From the sequence record LC765218.1: a stretch of 64,000 bases of DNA; one strand, written 5' to 3'. Shown here one piece after another: positions 1 through 9,610 of the stretch; within the stretch, counting starts at the first letter, position 1; every line of letters starts with the position of its first letter. The position numbers were made by a program, and so were the translations under genes. Origin of the DNA: Pseudomonas phage BRkr. Under the pieces are notes generated by a model. The model saw only the letters and a program-made list of their open reading frames with translations. It was not told the DNA's origin and made no database searches.

Positions 1-33
1 GTTCTTTATCAGCCACTTCCAGTCTACTCATGG
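1..33 (-). CDS. partial ORF; N-terminus in window (MSRLEVADKE...), continues beyond the window start
   Basis: ATG on the minus strand at 31-33, diverging from the 152 plus-strand gene; only 11 codons visible. Confidence 0.2.
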
Positions 34-151
34 TGCTTTCAATAATGCAGAAGTAGTTGTTATTAACCCAACTAATATCACCGTACCTGAAGCTTATAAC
101 AAGAACGTAGTTATCAAGTGAGTACAAGGTAATCTGTTTGGAGTCTATCAA

Positions 152-496
152 ATGACCGAAAAAGAGAGAGTAGAGTTGCTGGAGATTATCTTCGATAACT
201 TCTATTACCTACTTATACCACATTACCGACATGATCTTTCAGCCATCACTAGTCGGTTTGAATATGTGTTTAAAGAGCAAGCGAGATTGTTGTTGGGGGA
301 TCTACGTATAGAAGTACCTCATATTAGGTCTAAAACGCTCTTTACGGTGGCGATCAATGAAACACGTGTCCTTGTAGTAGAATGGGAAGAAGGTGTTAAG
401 GTGGAGCTCCTAGAAGGTTTAAATGGACAACTCTGGCGCTCCCTGTTGAAGGCTATAGTTGGTAGTTCATCGTACGTCCTAAGAGCATCGTGTTAA
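152..496 (+). CDS. hypothetical early protein (114 aa)
   Basis: ATG with GGAG SD; followed by terminator at ~504. Confidence 0.5.
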   Translation: MTEKERVELLEIIFDNFYYLLIPHYRHDLSAITSRFEYVFKEQARLLLGDLRIEVPHIRSKTLFTVAINETRVLVVEWEEGVKVELLEGLNGQLWRSLLKAIVGSSSYVLRASC

Positions 497-500
497 TATA

Positions 501-534
501 AACGCCTCCCTTCTGGGAGGCTTTATGTTGTCTT
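501..534 (+). terminator. rho-independent terminator (gcctccc-ttct-gggaggc + CTTTATGTT)
   Basis: GC hairpin followed by T-rich tract, immediately after the stop of 152..496. Confidence 0.7.
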
Positions 535-555
535 ACATTTAAAGCATTTTAAACC

Positions 556-572
556 CTATATTACAAATGTGA
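556..572 (+). promoter_or_regulatory. phiKZ-early-like promoter motif CTATATTACAAATGTGA
   Basis: The same 17-mer recurs at 7504 and 52638 upstream of plus-strand genes; TATATTAC core. Confidence 0.45.
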
Positions 573-601
573 TAAAACTACCTATGTAAAAGGAAATTAC
601 C

Positions 602-913
602 ATGAATATTCAAACCAATGTACTCCTTGAGTGTGGTTACCGTGATGGTGACAAAAACAAATCGATAGCAATCTATCGCTTCGAGCAGACTCTTCCAGGA
701 CGAGACCTTTCTTATTTTGCAGTAAGTAGTATCGATCCTAAAGAAGACCTCGATAAGTTCTTGGTATATGCCAAGTTCTTTAACACTCGCTCTGTTTCAA
801 CTGCATACTTGCACGCGTTCATGAAATATGATTCTGGTCAGGATCTCACTGAACAAGATTATCATGACATGAATGTAGGTAAGTGCTACGAAGAGCTTCT
901 CGCTGACGTTTAA
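602..913 (+). CDS. hypothetical protein (103 aa)
   Basis: ATG, AAAGGAAA SD. Confidence 0.5.
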   Translation: MNIQTNVLLECGYRDGDKNKSIAIYRFEQTLPGRDLSYFAVSSIDPKEDLDKFLVYAKFFNTRSVSTAYLHAFMKYDSGQDLTEQDYHDMNVGKCYEELLADV

Positions 914-928
914 CGTCAAGGACTAGTC

Positions 929-1285
929 ATGTTTAACGTAGACAGTATCAATCGGTTAGCTAAGCGTATACGCCTTATTAAAGGGTGTCCCGCTCGGATG
1001 TTTGTTACACTGAGATCAGAGCATGGGCATTACTATGATCTTGATATCAGTGGTGACGCTTTCATCTTTGTAATGCGTAATGGCCGACCAGATGCTACTG
1101 TTTACGGTCATTATAAAGAGGATGTTGGTGGGTACATCCAATTGACTCAATGGACATGTACGCTGACTGACGACGAAGTTGGAGACCTTCTCCACACAAT
1201 AGATCGTACTATCGCACTGCATACAGAATGCAATTACATTGTACTTGCTAACAAACATCTTTTTAAGGATACATTTCATGTTTAA
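929..1285 (+). CDS. hypothetical protein (118 aa)
   Basis: ATG; compact spacing. Confidence 0.5.
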   Translation: MFNVDSINRLAKRIRLIKGCPARMFVTLRSEHGHYYDLDISGDAFIFVMRNGRPDATVYGHYKEDVGGYIQLTQWTCTLTDDEVGDLLHTIDRTIALHTECNYIVLANKHLFKDTFHV

Positions 1286-1973
1286 CAAAGATCTCTCGCG
1301 TGACGTAGCAATTGGTGTAACGTACTCCATCGATTTCCTTTGCCAGGTTTATGGCGTCAAGAATTCGCTGGATATGATTTCTTCTGAAGGTTCAAACCAG
1401 TCTCTTATCGATATCGCGCACGTACCTATGTTCCACCGTAGGGTTCCGATGAACCTGGTTCGATCGACTTCCAACTCCACTGGTTGGAAATATCATGAAC
1501 GTGATACCAATGAAGAGACCTGGAAAATGATGGACCTTACGGATGAAAAATTCCGTGAGTTCGTAATTCCTCTGGATGCTTATAATAAGATCCTGAAGTC
1601 CACTCCACCGACTGGCGTATGGGCAGCTGTATCGGGCCTATTCAATTCCATGTCGGCTTCCGAAGCATGCGATATTCTTTTCGGTAAATCTACTTACGGT
1701 GAAGCCTTTGCTGTCTCAGAGGAACGTCGTCGTAAAGAGGCAGAGGAAGCCGCCAAAAAGGCTGTATATCGCACGATAGTGAAAGAGCTGCATCGTCAGG
1801 TCTCTGAGACCCAAAACGTCATAGACGCCATGGGGAGCTCCTCTTTCATTGAACGCTTGCTTCGCACTGGTGAATACGGTGACGTCTACCGTATTGTTTT
1901 CATCGATCTGTACACTCAACACTTCTGTACTCCCCCGCGGGATAACGAGTGGAAAGGTACGGCACTTTTCTAA
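1278..1973 (+). CDS. hypothetical protein (231 aa; internal ATG of table ORF 1239)
   Basis: AGGA SD 9 nt upstream of ATG 1278; 8-nt overlap with the previous gene. Confidence 0.5.
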   Translation: MFNKDLSRDVAIGVTYSIDFLCQVYGVKNSLDMISSEGSNQSLIDIAHVPMFHRRVPMNLVRSTSNSTGWKYHERDTNEETWKMMDLTDEKFREFVIPLDAYNKILKSTPPTGVWAAVSGLFNSMSASEACDILFGKSTYGEAFAVSEERRRKEAEEAAKKAVYRTIVKELHRQVSETQNVIDAMGSSSFIERLLRTGEYGDVYRIVFIDLYTQHFCTPPRDNEWKGTALF

Positions 1974-2009
1974 TCAACATAAATTCAAACCCAACGAAAG
2001 GAATATACA

Positions 2010-2402
2010 ATGACTACTCTTGCTCAGAAATACGCTGGTCACCTCGTTAACCTGACCGCGACGGCTGGTAATCTGGCTACCCTCACTCGCGATATCCTGA
2101 ACAACGCCGACAACCGTTCGTTCATGGATGATGTTCGTGAAGCGTCCGATATGTCTCTGTCTCACCTGCAACAGCTCGTGGAGATGGACATGAAGACGAT
2201 TGAACGTAACATGGCTCTTCTCAAGGCTGCTCTGTACGTCCAAGACGTAGAGCTGGCCAACGGTAAGGGCGACTGGCGTGAGGTTGCCGATACCGATCAC
2301 ACCATCAAAGCGGTGGTGGCGCTTCGTCGCAATATCACCGAACTGTCCGTATCGGAAGCGAAGGCGGTCGTCGAAGGTTACAAAGCTGGTATCTTCAAGT
2401 AA
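2010..2402 (+). CDS. hypothetical protein, 130 aa, strongly codon-optimised (probably highly expressed)
   Basis: AAAGGAATATACAATG start; CTG/CGT/GGT/ACC/AAC codon bias far above neighbours; strong terminator follows. Confidence 0.65.
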   Translation: MTTLAQKYAGHLVNLTATAGNLATLTRDILNNADNRSFMDDVREASDMSLSHLQQLVEMDMKTIERNMALLKAALYVQDVELANGKGDWREVADTDHTIKAVVALRRNITELSVSEAKAVVEGYKAGIFK

Positions 2403-2417
2403 GTTGTAAATAGACAT

Positions 2418-2460
2418 AAAGCCCTCTCCCGAAGGAGAGGGCTTTATGTCAATAAAATTT
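2418..2460 (+). terminator. rho-independent terminator (aaagccctctccc-gaa-ggagagggcttt + ATGTC)
   Basis: Perfect 10-bp GC stem plus T tract. Confidence 0.75.
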
Positions 2461-2466
2461 TTTTCA

Positions 2467-2483
2467 GATCTATATTACCTAAT
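2467..2483 (+). promoter_or_regulatory. promoter motif AGATCTATATTACCTAA (class 2 of the TATATTAC family)
   Basis: Near-identical motif at 44642; upstream of the 2528 ORF. Confidence 0.45.
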
Positions 2484-2527
2484 TGAGCCGTATCTAAGGA
2501 TACCGTTCGTTTAAAGAGGTGACTAAC

Positions 2528-2671
2528 ATGAACTGGAAAACTTTGGCCGCTATTAGCATCGGCGTATTCATTGGTGCTACCATCGTATTCGGAGGAGATC
2601 TATTCGCGACTAATCAGAATGATGAAACTACTGTCGATGAGGCAGATGCAACTCCAATCAACGTAGAATGA
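2528..2671 (+). CDS. small membrane protein (47 aa, one TM helix), not in the ORF table
   Basis: ATG at 2528; hydrophobic LAAISIGVFIGATIVFGG segment; stop overlaps ATG of the next gene (ATGA). Confidence 0.4.
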   Translation: MNWKTLAAISIGVFIGATIVFGGDLFATNQNDETTVDEADATPINVE

Positions 2672-3108
2672 CTTACCGCAGCATAGAGGTCCTTAGGAGC
2701 CACTTTGCTGTCGATCATTTAACGGATCTGTTGTACATAGATTCGGTAAGAGAACAGATTGAACATTTCCGTTTCTATTACCGTGGTACTGAAAGACATA
2801 TCTGTAAAGAGAAAGGCGAGTATTGGTGTCTTCATAGAGGACGTAATGGGGAGTGGGTTAAAGAGCAACTCACTGAAACAATCCTTTCTGAATTTAAGGT
2901 ACTCGATCACGAATGGCGTATACTTGCTGGCATTGAGTTAGATGATACTACTGAAGTAAAAGAAGAACAAAAGGAGTATTATGATTACTTGAAACAAAAT
3001 GAAAAGAAAGTAAAAGAGGAGAGTGCTAGTGAATTGATGGCAGCATTGTTCATGGGAACAATGTTTACTGTAACAAGTTGCCACATCTATCGGATGTGGA
3101 ACAAGTAG
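2668..3108 (+). CDS. hypothetical protein (146 aa)
   Basis: ATGA overlap coupling with the upstream small ORF. Confidence 0.5.
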   Translation: MTYRSIEVLRSHFAVDHLTDLLYIDSVREQIEHFRFYYRGTERHICKEKGEYWCLHRGRNGEWVKEQLTETILSEFKVLDHEWRILAGIELDDTTEVKEEQKEYYDYLKQNEKKVKEESASELMAALFMGTMFTVTSCHIYRMWNK

Positions 3109-3235
3109 TTTGAGTGATGTTTGTTCATGGGAATATTTACCTGATAGGTAAGGATATGTAGGACTAAGAATAAGGAGGGGACTCTTTATATTCTTTTATC
3201 CTACAGTTCTTTTAAATAGACCTAGGTAAATACTC

Positions 3236-3871
3236 ATGAGCAACATCCCTTTCTACTGGACTGTAAAAACAACCGGTTTAACCGAATCCGAATTAATCAA
3301 CACCGTACTTCGTCTTCATGAAGAAGTTGACAGTGTAAACGATACTATCATCGATGGTACTCTAGTAGACCTCGATGTATTGTTAGAAGTTAAAGGACAA
3401 GATGATCTAGTTGATGATGCTATCATTGATTGGATCCGTGATAACTATAAAGCAGGCGATAACATCGTTCTGAAAGTAAAAACTAATCGATTTGTATTTG
3501 GTTGGTTTGCACAAGGTATTGTTGATATTGGAGCAATTCTCCAGAAATATGAACAAGTCCCTGACATGCCAATGGTATTCGATACCTTTAAGCTGAAAGA
3601 TTACAATAAAGAGAAACCCCGTAAGAAAGGTTTCTTTGAACAGTTTAAAGAAAGTATAAATCCGTTGGTTGAATTAGCATATCAGAATAAAGGCTCTATT
3701 GCTGGAATTGCACTCGTTGCAGGTAGTGTACTCTTTGCAAAAAAGTTACAAGACGATCTGGTCAAAACCACAGAAGAAACCGTCCGTAAGACAATGCAAG
3801 AATTTGAACCACCAATCGTCGAAATCCATATCGATGAGTATGGTACATTTGAAGACGTTATTGTTGATTAA
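3236..3871 (+). CDS. hypothetical protein (211 aa)
   Basis: ATG; ends at the bidirectional terminator. Confidence 0.55.
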   Translation: MSNIPFYWTVKTTGLTESELINTVLRLHEEVDSVNDTIIDGTLVDLDVLLEVKGQDDLVDDAIIDWIRDNYKAGDNIVLKVKTNRFVFGWFAQGIVDIGAILQKYEQVPDMPMVFDTFKLKDYNKEKPRKKGFFEQFKESINPLVELAYQNKGSIAGIALVAGSVLFAKKLQDDLVKTTEETVRKTMQEFEPPIVEIHIDEYGTFEDVIVD

Positions 3872-3877
3872 GACAGC

Positions 3878-3910
3878 ATATTGCCCAGCCTATGGAAGGC
3901 TGGGCAATAT
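3878..3910. terminator. bidirectional terminator between convergent genes (atattgcccagcc...ggctgggcaatat)
   Basis: 13-bp inverted repeat between plus gene 3236..3871 and minus gene 3915..4427. Confidence 0.65.
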
Positions 3911-3914
3911 GTCG

Positions 3915-4427
3915 TTAAGAGAGACCAAGTGCGGCTTCTTCCTCACGTGCTTTCTTTTCAGCAACCGCGCGCATGCGTTCGTTGAACTCTTCAGATGTCT
4001 CGTTAATGACACCAATTTCACCTTCGCCGGCGGCGTGTTCAAACTCACCAAGATCTTCATTATCGATATCTGGTTCTGAACCGCGGTTATCTTCACCAGG
4101 TACGGCAACGAACGGGTTCTTGTTCTTAGCTTGCCTAATGAACTCTGCCATCGATTCAACCAGATCACGTGCAGACTTATTACCTTCTGCTTCGATCTGT
4201 GTACGACGATTCTGGATAGTCGTGCGATCCATCGAGTCCATAACTTTCAACATCGAATCAATAGATTCTTTGTCGGTTGGAATAGTACCATCCACACGGG
4301 AGGTCATTACACCATGAAGAATCCGATGCTTAACGTTTTGTGTAAGTTTTAGCTGGTCTTCATAAGAAAGCTCAGAGTACAAAACCTCTGGTTCTGTCGG
4401 AATAAATTCCGGGATCGGAGTTTCCAT
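3915..4427 (-). CDS. hypothetical acidic protein (170 aa)
   Basis: ATG with GAGGTAG SD on the minus strand; lone minus-strand gene within the plus-strand block. Confidence 0.5.
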   Translation of the reverse strand: METPIPEFIPTEPEVLYSELSYEDQLKLTQNVKHRILHGVMTSRVDGTIPTDKESIDSMLKVMDSMDRTTIQNRRTQIEAEGNKSARDLVESMAEFIRQAKNKNPFVAVPGEDNRGSEPDIDNEDLGEFEHAAGEGEIGVINETSEEFNERMRAVAEKKAREEEAALGLS

Positions 4428-4502
4428 TTTACTACCTCACTGTTGAGAAATACTCAACGGAATAACAATATGCCATAAAATGCGGATTAGGGAGTTTTCT
4501 AT

Positions 4503-5045
4503 ATGATTAATACGCTACGCCGCTGGTTACGGGTGTTCCAGCCAGTATCCAAAAAACAACTGTATTCAGCACTGCTTGATCAGTTTGAAGACGAGGGCGT
4601 GCGTCGTGATAATTATCCCATCATGCTTGCAGAATTATGGAATAGAATCGATGTCAAAGACTTCGGTGAAATTTCACCTAGAGACATGATGGCAGTAAAC
4701 ATGGAGCTGCGACATACTAACGTAACTTATCTGATTGAACAGATGAATGTCATTAACACAATGGTATCCACCGGCGATCAAGCAGCTTTAGAACAAATTA
4801 GTAAGAATGAATTCACCCAATTCAGTAGAGTTAACTTAGATGAATACTTTGCTGATGCAAGAGGTTATTCTGTAGATATAGTCGACTCTTTAGAAAAGCT
4901 TAAGACGTATCTTGATAAGCATGCAATGATTCTTGAAACACAAACCGCGAGCTTCTATAGAAGAGTTTTAGGAAGAGTGTATCATGATATCCTTGTACTT
5001 ACCCAAACGCTTGTTGATACCATGAAGGAAGAAACTATGAAATAA
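4503..5045 (+). CDS. hypothetical protein (180 aa)
   Basis: GGGAG SD, ATG. Confidence 0.5.
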   Translation: MINTLRRWLRVFQPVSKKQLYSALLDQFEDEGVRRDNYPIMLAELWNRIDVKDFGEISPRDMMAVNMELRHTNVTYLIEQMNVINTMVSTGDQAALEQISKNEFTQFSRVNLDEYFADARGYSVDIVDSLEKLKTYLDKHAMILETQTASFYRRVLGRVYHDILVLTQTLVDTMKEETMK

Positions 5046-5098
5046 ATAGAGTTGCGAAACGAAACCTTCTCTTTAATCACCGTAGGTGTAAATGAAAA

Positions 5099-5854
5099 AT
5101 GGATTCTGTACAAGACCTTCTTTCCGATCCCCTTAAGGGAACGTTGCGAGCATCCGATATCCCGTGTTATCTGTTTCGTGAAGTTCTATTGTGGCGTAAG
5201 ATTAACCAACGTACATGGAACCGGCGGCAAGAAGCTTTCTTTGAGAAACCTTGGAATAAAAATAATCAAGACAAGGGTAACCTGAATAAAGCTCTTAAGT
5301 CAGACACGATGCAGTGGTCCGCTTTCAGAAAAGCAATTGACTTCCTGAACCCAGTCCACGCAACACTGGAGATTAAACTGACATGGCGTGACGATCGTGT
5401 TAGTTCGTATGTCATCACGATGGATCCCGAAGAACGGGAAGATGTTCTGACGACCAACAGTTTCCCTTGGCAGGATTGTAAGATATTCGAGAATGCTAAA
5501 CCCGCAGGTACATTGATGGCGCATCTTTTCAGGCACGTTGTTGCAATGGAAGGGAAAGATAAACCAGATATTAAACTCTGGTGGGAGAAGCTTTTTGATG
5601 ATTACACGAAGAATCCCGTTAATGTAGTTGGATTGACTCAGAAAGAAGTGAACCAAAATGTAAACACGTTACGACGTGCTCTGCTTGATCCGAGGGTATC
5701 TTTGAATAACTTCCGTCGTGGTATCCATTTGCTACGCGCAGTTAAGGAAGAATATATTCTGACCCTCCGTTGGTCCGATGATCCAGTTGTCCGTGAATCA
5801 CTTCCGGACTCTGTTCACAAGATCACTATAACTGACCCTGTAGTTGTGGAGTAA
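5099..5854 (+). CDS. hypothetical protein (251 aa)
   Basis: ATG; long ORF. Confidence 0.5.
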   Translation: MDSVQDLLSDPLKGTLRASDIPCYLFREVLLWRKINQRTWNRRQEAFFEKPWNKNNQDKGNLNKALKSDTMQWSAFRKAIDFLNPVHATLEIKLTWRDDRVSSYVITMDPEEREDVLTTNSFPWQDCKIFENAKPAGTLMAHLFRHVVAMEGKDKPDIKLWWEKLFDDYTKNPVNVVGLTQKEVNQNVNTLRRALLDPRVSLNNFRRGIHLLRAVKEEYILTLRWSDDPVVRESLPDSVHKITITDPVVVE

Positions 5855-5858
5855 GAGA

Positions 5859-6236
5859 ATGGATAACTGTATTGACCTGAGCTCTCCCCTTTGCCCTGAT
5901 GTCCTTCAGTTCCATTCATCCGTGTTGAAACATACGGTTACCGGAACAGCTTTTTACAGCTGGAACGGTTTCCGTTTGTATCTTATTACAGGAAAGGTTC
6001 ATCCCAAATATCTAGATGGTATCAACCTTGAAGAAGCTGGGGTGGAAAGTAGATACAAGTTCGTTCCAGATCTGTACGAAAAGATGGAGGAAACTCTTCG
6101 TGTGTGCATTGCCAAGTACCCCCTCCTAAAACTTAAACTTAATAAAAACACACAGATTGTGTGGCGTGCTCACGGTATTACCCCAGCTGAAGAAGAATGG
6201 GTCAATATCGTTAAACGTGTTGCTTCAAGTATGTAA
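5859..6236 (+). CDS. hypothetical protein (125 aa; ATG downstream of the table TTG at 5844)
   Basis: AAGAGA SD upstream of ATG 5859. Confidence 0.45.
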   Translation: MDNCIDLSSPLCPDVLQFHSSVLKHTVTGTAFYSWNGFRLYLITGKVHPKYLDGINLEEAGVESRYKFVPDLYEKMEETLRVCIAKYPLLKLKLNKNTQIVWRAHGITPAEEEWVNIVKRVASSM

Positions 6237-6251
6237 AGTGACTGCCTTGGG

Positions 6252-6272
6252 TTCTCCCTTCGGGGAGAGCCT
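6252..6272 (+). terminator. hairpin (tctccc-ttcg-gggaga); a T9 run follows ~25 nt downstream
   Basis: Non-canonical spacing between stem and T tract. Confidence 0.4.
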
Positions 6273-6317
6273 AATGGCAATCATTGTATGACTCTTATTT
6301 TTTTTTGGTGAAATTCA

Positions 6318-7442
6318 ATGGTACAATTAGCGATCCCTTCATTTACTGGTTTACCAGATGCGGCTGTCAAAGAGGTTGATGCCTATACAGAACAAAGCGC
6401 TGAATTAAAAAATCAGCTAGCCTCTAAGGTAACAGCATTTGGTGTAGGTGCAGACGAACTCATTCAAAAATCACTTGGTGTTGTTAAAGGTATCGGTAAC
6501 AAGATCCTTAACAACGGTATTGATCTCAACATGGCTAGAACACGAATTGCGGATGCCCTAAAAGGGTCACGTAGTTCCATTGTAAGTCTAGCTACGGACG
6601 TTGAACGATCGATTATGGAAGAGTTAACCGGAGAAGATACCGGTACAGGTTATGTTCGTAAAGCAACGGATATGATCGATGGCGTTAAAATGGTTCTCAA
6701 CCAAAAGGATTATTATTTTAAAGATGGGAACTTTAGCGGAGTTAATAGTATTATTGGGTTCATGGGTGACCTGACTAATAACTCATTGCTCCGTGTATTC
6801 GATCTTGGTGCTGAAGCAGCACTGATGAAAGGGATTATCGAAGAGGTTACAGCTTGGGGTATACCCGATCTAGTTGATGAAACCTTTGGAGCCAAGTGGA
6901 CGGATAACAAGTATGAATACGACTATGATGATGATTTCAGATTCTCTGTTGTTAAGCGAGCTTCTGCTAGTATTAGCCCTAGTACTGATCTTGCCACAAT
7001 CGAAAGGTTAATGCTGCATGGCGGTGTTTCAGCACTGATCGCTGAGAACCCAAATTTTCCTGCGCAGTTACTACAGAATTACGTGTTCCCTGAAGAATGT
7101 GTACCTGGTGGTCCTTTCCCTAAAATGATTCCTGACCCGAATAATCCAACTGGACCTGAGATCCCAGATCCAACTGATGCACAGGAACGTCCTAACTACG
7201 CCGACCAAATGGCTACTTTAGTACGCATCCTTAATCAACTCAAACCAGACTGGTTCACTACTCGGCGCCAGGGTCAACCCGTGTGGAATCTTTACTTCCT
7301 AAGTCACGCTTCTGAAGATGCGACCACATTGATTCTTAGTAGTGAAACTCATCGTGAAGCAATGTTGACAGCTCCGTTCTACAAGATGGAAAACCCAATA
7401 GAGCTGATCAAGTCGTTCTATCCTGATGCTGCTATTCAATAG
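6318..7442 (+). CDS. hypothetical protein (374 aa)
   Basis: ATG; long ORF; terminator follows. Confidence 0.55.
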   Translation: MVQLAIPSFTGLPDAAVKEVDAYTEQSAELKNQLASKVTAFGVGADELIQKSLGVVKGIGNKILNNGIDLNMARTRIADALKGSRSSIVSLATDVERSIMEELTGEDTGTGYVRKATDMIDGVKMVLNQKDYYFKDGNFSGVNSIIGFMGDLTNNSLLRVFDLGAEAALMKGIIEEVTAWGIPDLVDETFGAKWTDNKYEYDYDDDFRFSVVKRASASISPSTDLATIERLMLHGGVSALIAENPNFPAQLLQNYVFPEECVPGGPFPKMIPDPNNPTGPEIPDPTDAQERPNYADQMATLVRILNQLKPDWFTTRRQGQPVWNLYFLSHASEDATTLILSSETHREAMLTAPFYKMENPIELIKSFYPDAAIQ

Positions 7443-7451
7443 CGACATAAA

Positions 7452-7480
7452 GCCCTCCCCAAAAGGGAGGGCAATATGCC
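7452..7480 (+). terminator. hairpin gccctccc-caaaa-gggagggc
   Basis: 8-bp GC stem after the stop of 6318..7442; weak U tract. Confidence 0.5.
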
Positions 7481-7503
7481 GTCTTAATCTAACTTAATTG
7501 AGA

Positions 7504-7520
7504 ACTATATTACAAACGTG
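7504..7520 (+). promoter_or_regulatory. promoter motif CTATATTACAAACGTGA; followed by a 5' hairpin gagatg-ttcgag-catctc
   Basis: Second copy of the 17-mer class; upstream of 7610. Confidence 0.45.
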
Positions 7521-7609
7521 AATTGGGTGAGATGTTCGAGCATCTCCCCCAGTTTGCGATACGTCTGATTCGGTTAAACTCAGACTTTCTTCACATGGGA
7601 TAGAAACCT

Positions 7610-7921
7610 ATGAAAAAATGGCCTTTCATTAACGAGAACTTCCGAAGACTAGTAAGAATCTTCTCGATAGATGAAGGGCGGGAATATTACCTTACACCTG
7701 AAGGTTTGACACTGGATGATGTGAGTAATACTCTCGCATATAATTCGGTAGATAAGTATAAACTTGCTTTGAACAAAGCTCGTGAACTTATAGCCCAAGG
7801 TGTGTTCGGGAGATCGGTCTACCTGGACGGTCAAGATGTAACTGAAGAACAGATCAATGGTAAACCACAGTTAGTCCGTTGGCCACCTGTTAATGAAGAA
7901 GCTTATGGCTTCGTAGCATAA
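7610..7921 (+). CDS. hypothetical protein (103 aa)
   Basis: ATG; terminator follows. Confidence 0.5.
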   Translation: MKKWPFINENFRRLVRIFSIDEGREYYLTPEGLTLDDVSNTLAYNSVDKYKLALNKARELIAQGVFGRSVYLDGQDVTEEQINGKPQLVRWPPVNEEAYGFVA

Positions 7922-7927
7922 AGGCAT

Positions 7928-7970
7928 ATCGCCCTCTCCCGAAGGAGAGGGCTTTATGTTCCATTTTTTT
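7928..7970. terminator. terminator gccctctccc-gaa-ggagagggc + CTTTATGTTCCATTTTTTTTT at the convergent junction
   Basis: Same stem as the 2418 terminator; lies between plus gene 7610 and minus gene 7970..8803. Confidence 0.7.
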
Positions 7971-8803
7971 TATCGCATGTAAGCAGGTACACGAATCGGC
8001 TTCTTACGCGACCAACCTAGTTGTTGAATTAGATCAGTAACGTCTAGATTAGGATCAGATTCCATACCGATATTAGCACGCTTCTGTGCTTCATCCTGCA
8101 TCTTCCAAAGGGTAGCAGGTGTGATGATAACTTCGGTATCGGAGAAACTTTCCAAAGCAGGGGAGGTATATTTGTTAGCAATATAGATACCGCCCTCACC
8201 GACGAAGTCCCAGGTGGAAATTTCCCGTGTATACTTAATACCACGCATTACGTCGTCCTGTGTGATAGAACGAACGGAACAATAGGTATTGATACTTGGG
8301 TTATCCAAAGACTCTTTAAAAATGTGACCAAACGGACCGTAAGGTTTAACCTCACCGACGACCATTTTAACAGTCTTACCATTTTCATTCTTACCGGGAA
8401 CAATAGTCAATGCACGGATATGTGCACAAACCCGGTTATCGTCGATCATACGAATACGTTGCAGGTATTGACGATCATCCATCGGTTGACGAACAACACG
8501 ACCATCGATCATCAGGTCTGTAAACGGTTCAGGGTGTTTGAACTCCATGAAGAGAACACCTTTCTTAAGGCGACGCATCAGGGAAGAGTTCGGATCAAAC
8601 ATCGCAACGCCACTGGCTTCGTCATAGAACATACCAGCAGAGTTATGTGTACCATAGGCACCCAGAACTACAGTGTAATAACCGTCCGCATTCGGCGCAA
8701 GAATTCCTTTTTTGTCCGTACCCGCTAACATAGTGCAGCCGATACGTACTTGATTCTGCGGAGAATTTTGGACACCAAAAGAAGATTGTGCCAAAGGATG
8801 CAT
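7970..8803 (-). CDS. hypothetical protein (277 aa), distal gene of the RNAP-containing minus-strand operon; by position could correspond to the phiKZ gp175-177 region (unverified)
   Basis: ATG with ACGGAG SD; no motif recognised. Confidence 0.5.
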   Translation of the reverse strand: MHPLAQSSFGVQNSPQNQVRIGCTMLAGTDKKGILAPNADGYYTVVLGAYGTHNSAGMFYDEASGVAMFDPNSSLMRRLKKGVLFMEFKHPEPFTDLMIDGRVVRQPMDDRQYLQRIRMIDDNRVCAHIRALTIVPGKNENGKTVKMVVGEVKPYGPFGHIFKESLDNPSINTYCSVRSITQDDVMRGIKYTREISTWDFVGEGGIYIANKYTSPALESFSDTEVIITPATLWKMQDEAQKRANIGMESDPNLDVTDLIQQLGWSRKKPIRVPAYMR

Positions 8804-8818
8804 TTCTGCAACTCCGTG

Positions 8819-9541
8819 TTATGTCCTCAATAGCTCTTCAATCACTTCTACTTTCTCACTAGGGTTCACTAGTGCAGAGTTGATAGCGTCGCTGAAGTAA
8901 GCACCATTAAGTTTTGAGGTGGTATCTGAGGTGTTCCAAATAACCGATCGGAAAGGTACGGTTACTGGAGGTTTATTTTTAACATCATCATGCCGCGACA
9001 GAATGTGGCGGTATAGTCTTGTCATATCATCCGGATCACGAGCGATGGTTGAAATGATAAGCTCGATAATCGAACGACCACCAATAAATGTATCTGCATG
9101 TTCTTTTGCAGTTTCGAACATTTTCGCCATGTCATAATAGTTCATATACCAAGGGATGTTCCCTTTGGATACGAACTCGTCGTACATGTAATATGTTAGT
9201 GTGTCGTTGACCACAAGATGTGTCGAATAGAAAACTTTATCACCTTTCTCGAAACTAAATTCGTAATAAGGTTCACTCTCTACAACAACACGCTCAGTAG
9301 AGTTTGGAAGAATGCGCATCATCGCGATTGTATTATTAACCGCGTAAAACTCTTCATTCATGATGATAGGAAAGAATCCAAATATGAATACTTCACTACC
9401 TAATACAGCCAAGTTCTTAGCAGCAAAACGTTCTGGAATTTGAATCTTACAGGGAAGGTTTGTAGCAATACCACCATCTTCCAATTCAATCAGATTTGCA
9501 TTTACGCGTGCAACATCACGTGTTAATTGCCTAACGTTCAT
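8819..9541 (-). CDS. hypothetical protein (240 aa)
   Basis: ATG with AAGAGA SD. Confidence 0.5.
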   Translation of the reverse strand: MNVRQLTRDVARVNANLIELEDGGIATNLPCKIQIPERFAAKNLAVLGSEVFIFGFFPIIMNEEFYAVNNTIAMMRILPNSTERVVVESEPYYEFSFEKGDKVFYSTHLVVNDTLTYYMYDEFVSKGNIPWYMNYYDMAKMFETAKEHADTFIGGRSIIELIISTIARDPDDMTRLYRHILSRHDDVKNKPPVTVPFRSVIWNTSDTTSKLNGAYFSDAINSALVNPSEKVEVIEELLRT

Positions 9542-9610
9542 ATAAGTCTCTTCTTAGAAAAAGGAAAGTTGACACACTCCGGTACCCCGAAGGATACCGG
9601 AGGTTATCAA

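Noticed and set aside
1974-2417. A 147-aa minus-strand ORF overlapping the 2010-2402 gene
   Set aside because: The plus frame shows extreme optimal-codon bias and has an SD and a terminator. The minus frame is the antisense shadow.
7970-8803. Calling the 277-aa protein a gp175-like prohead protease on the basis of operon position
   Set aside because: It rests on synteny only. No Ser/His catalytic motif was recognised. It is mentioned in the feature note at low weight.
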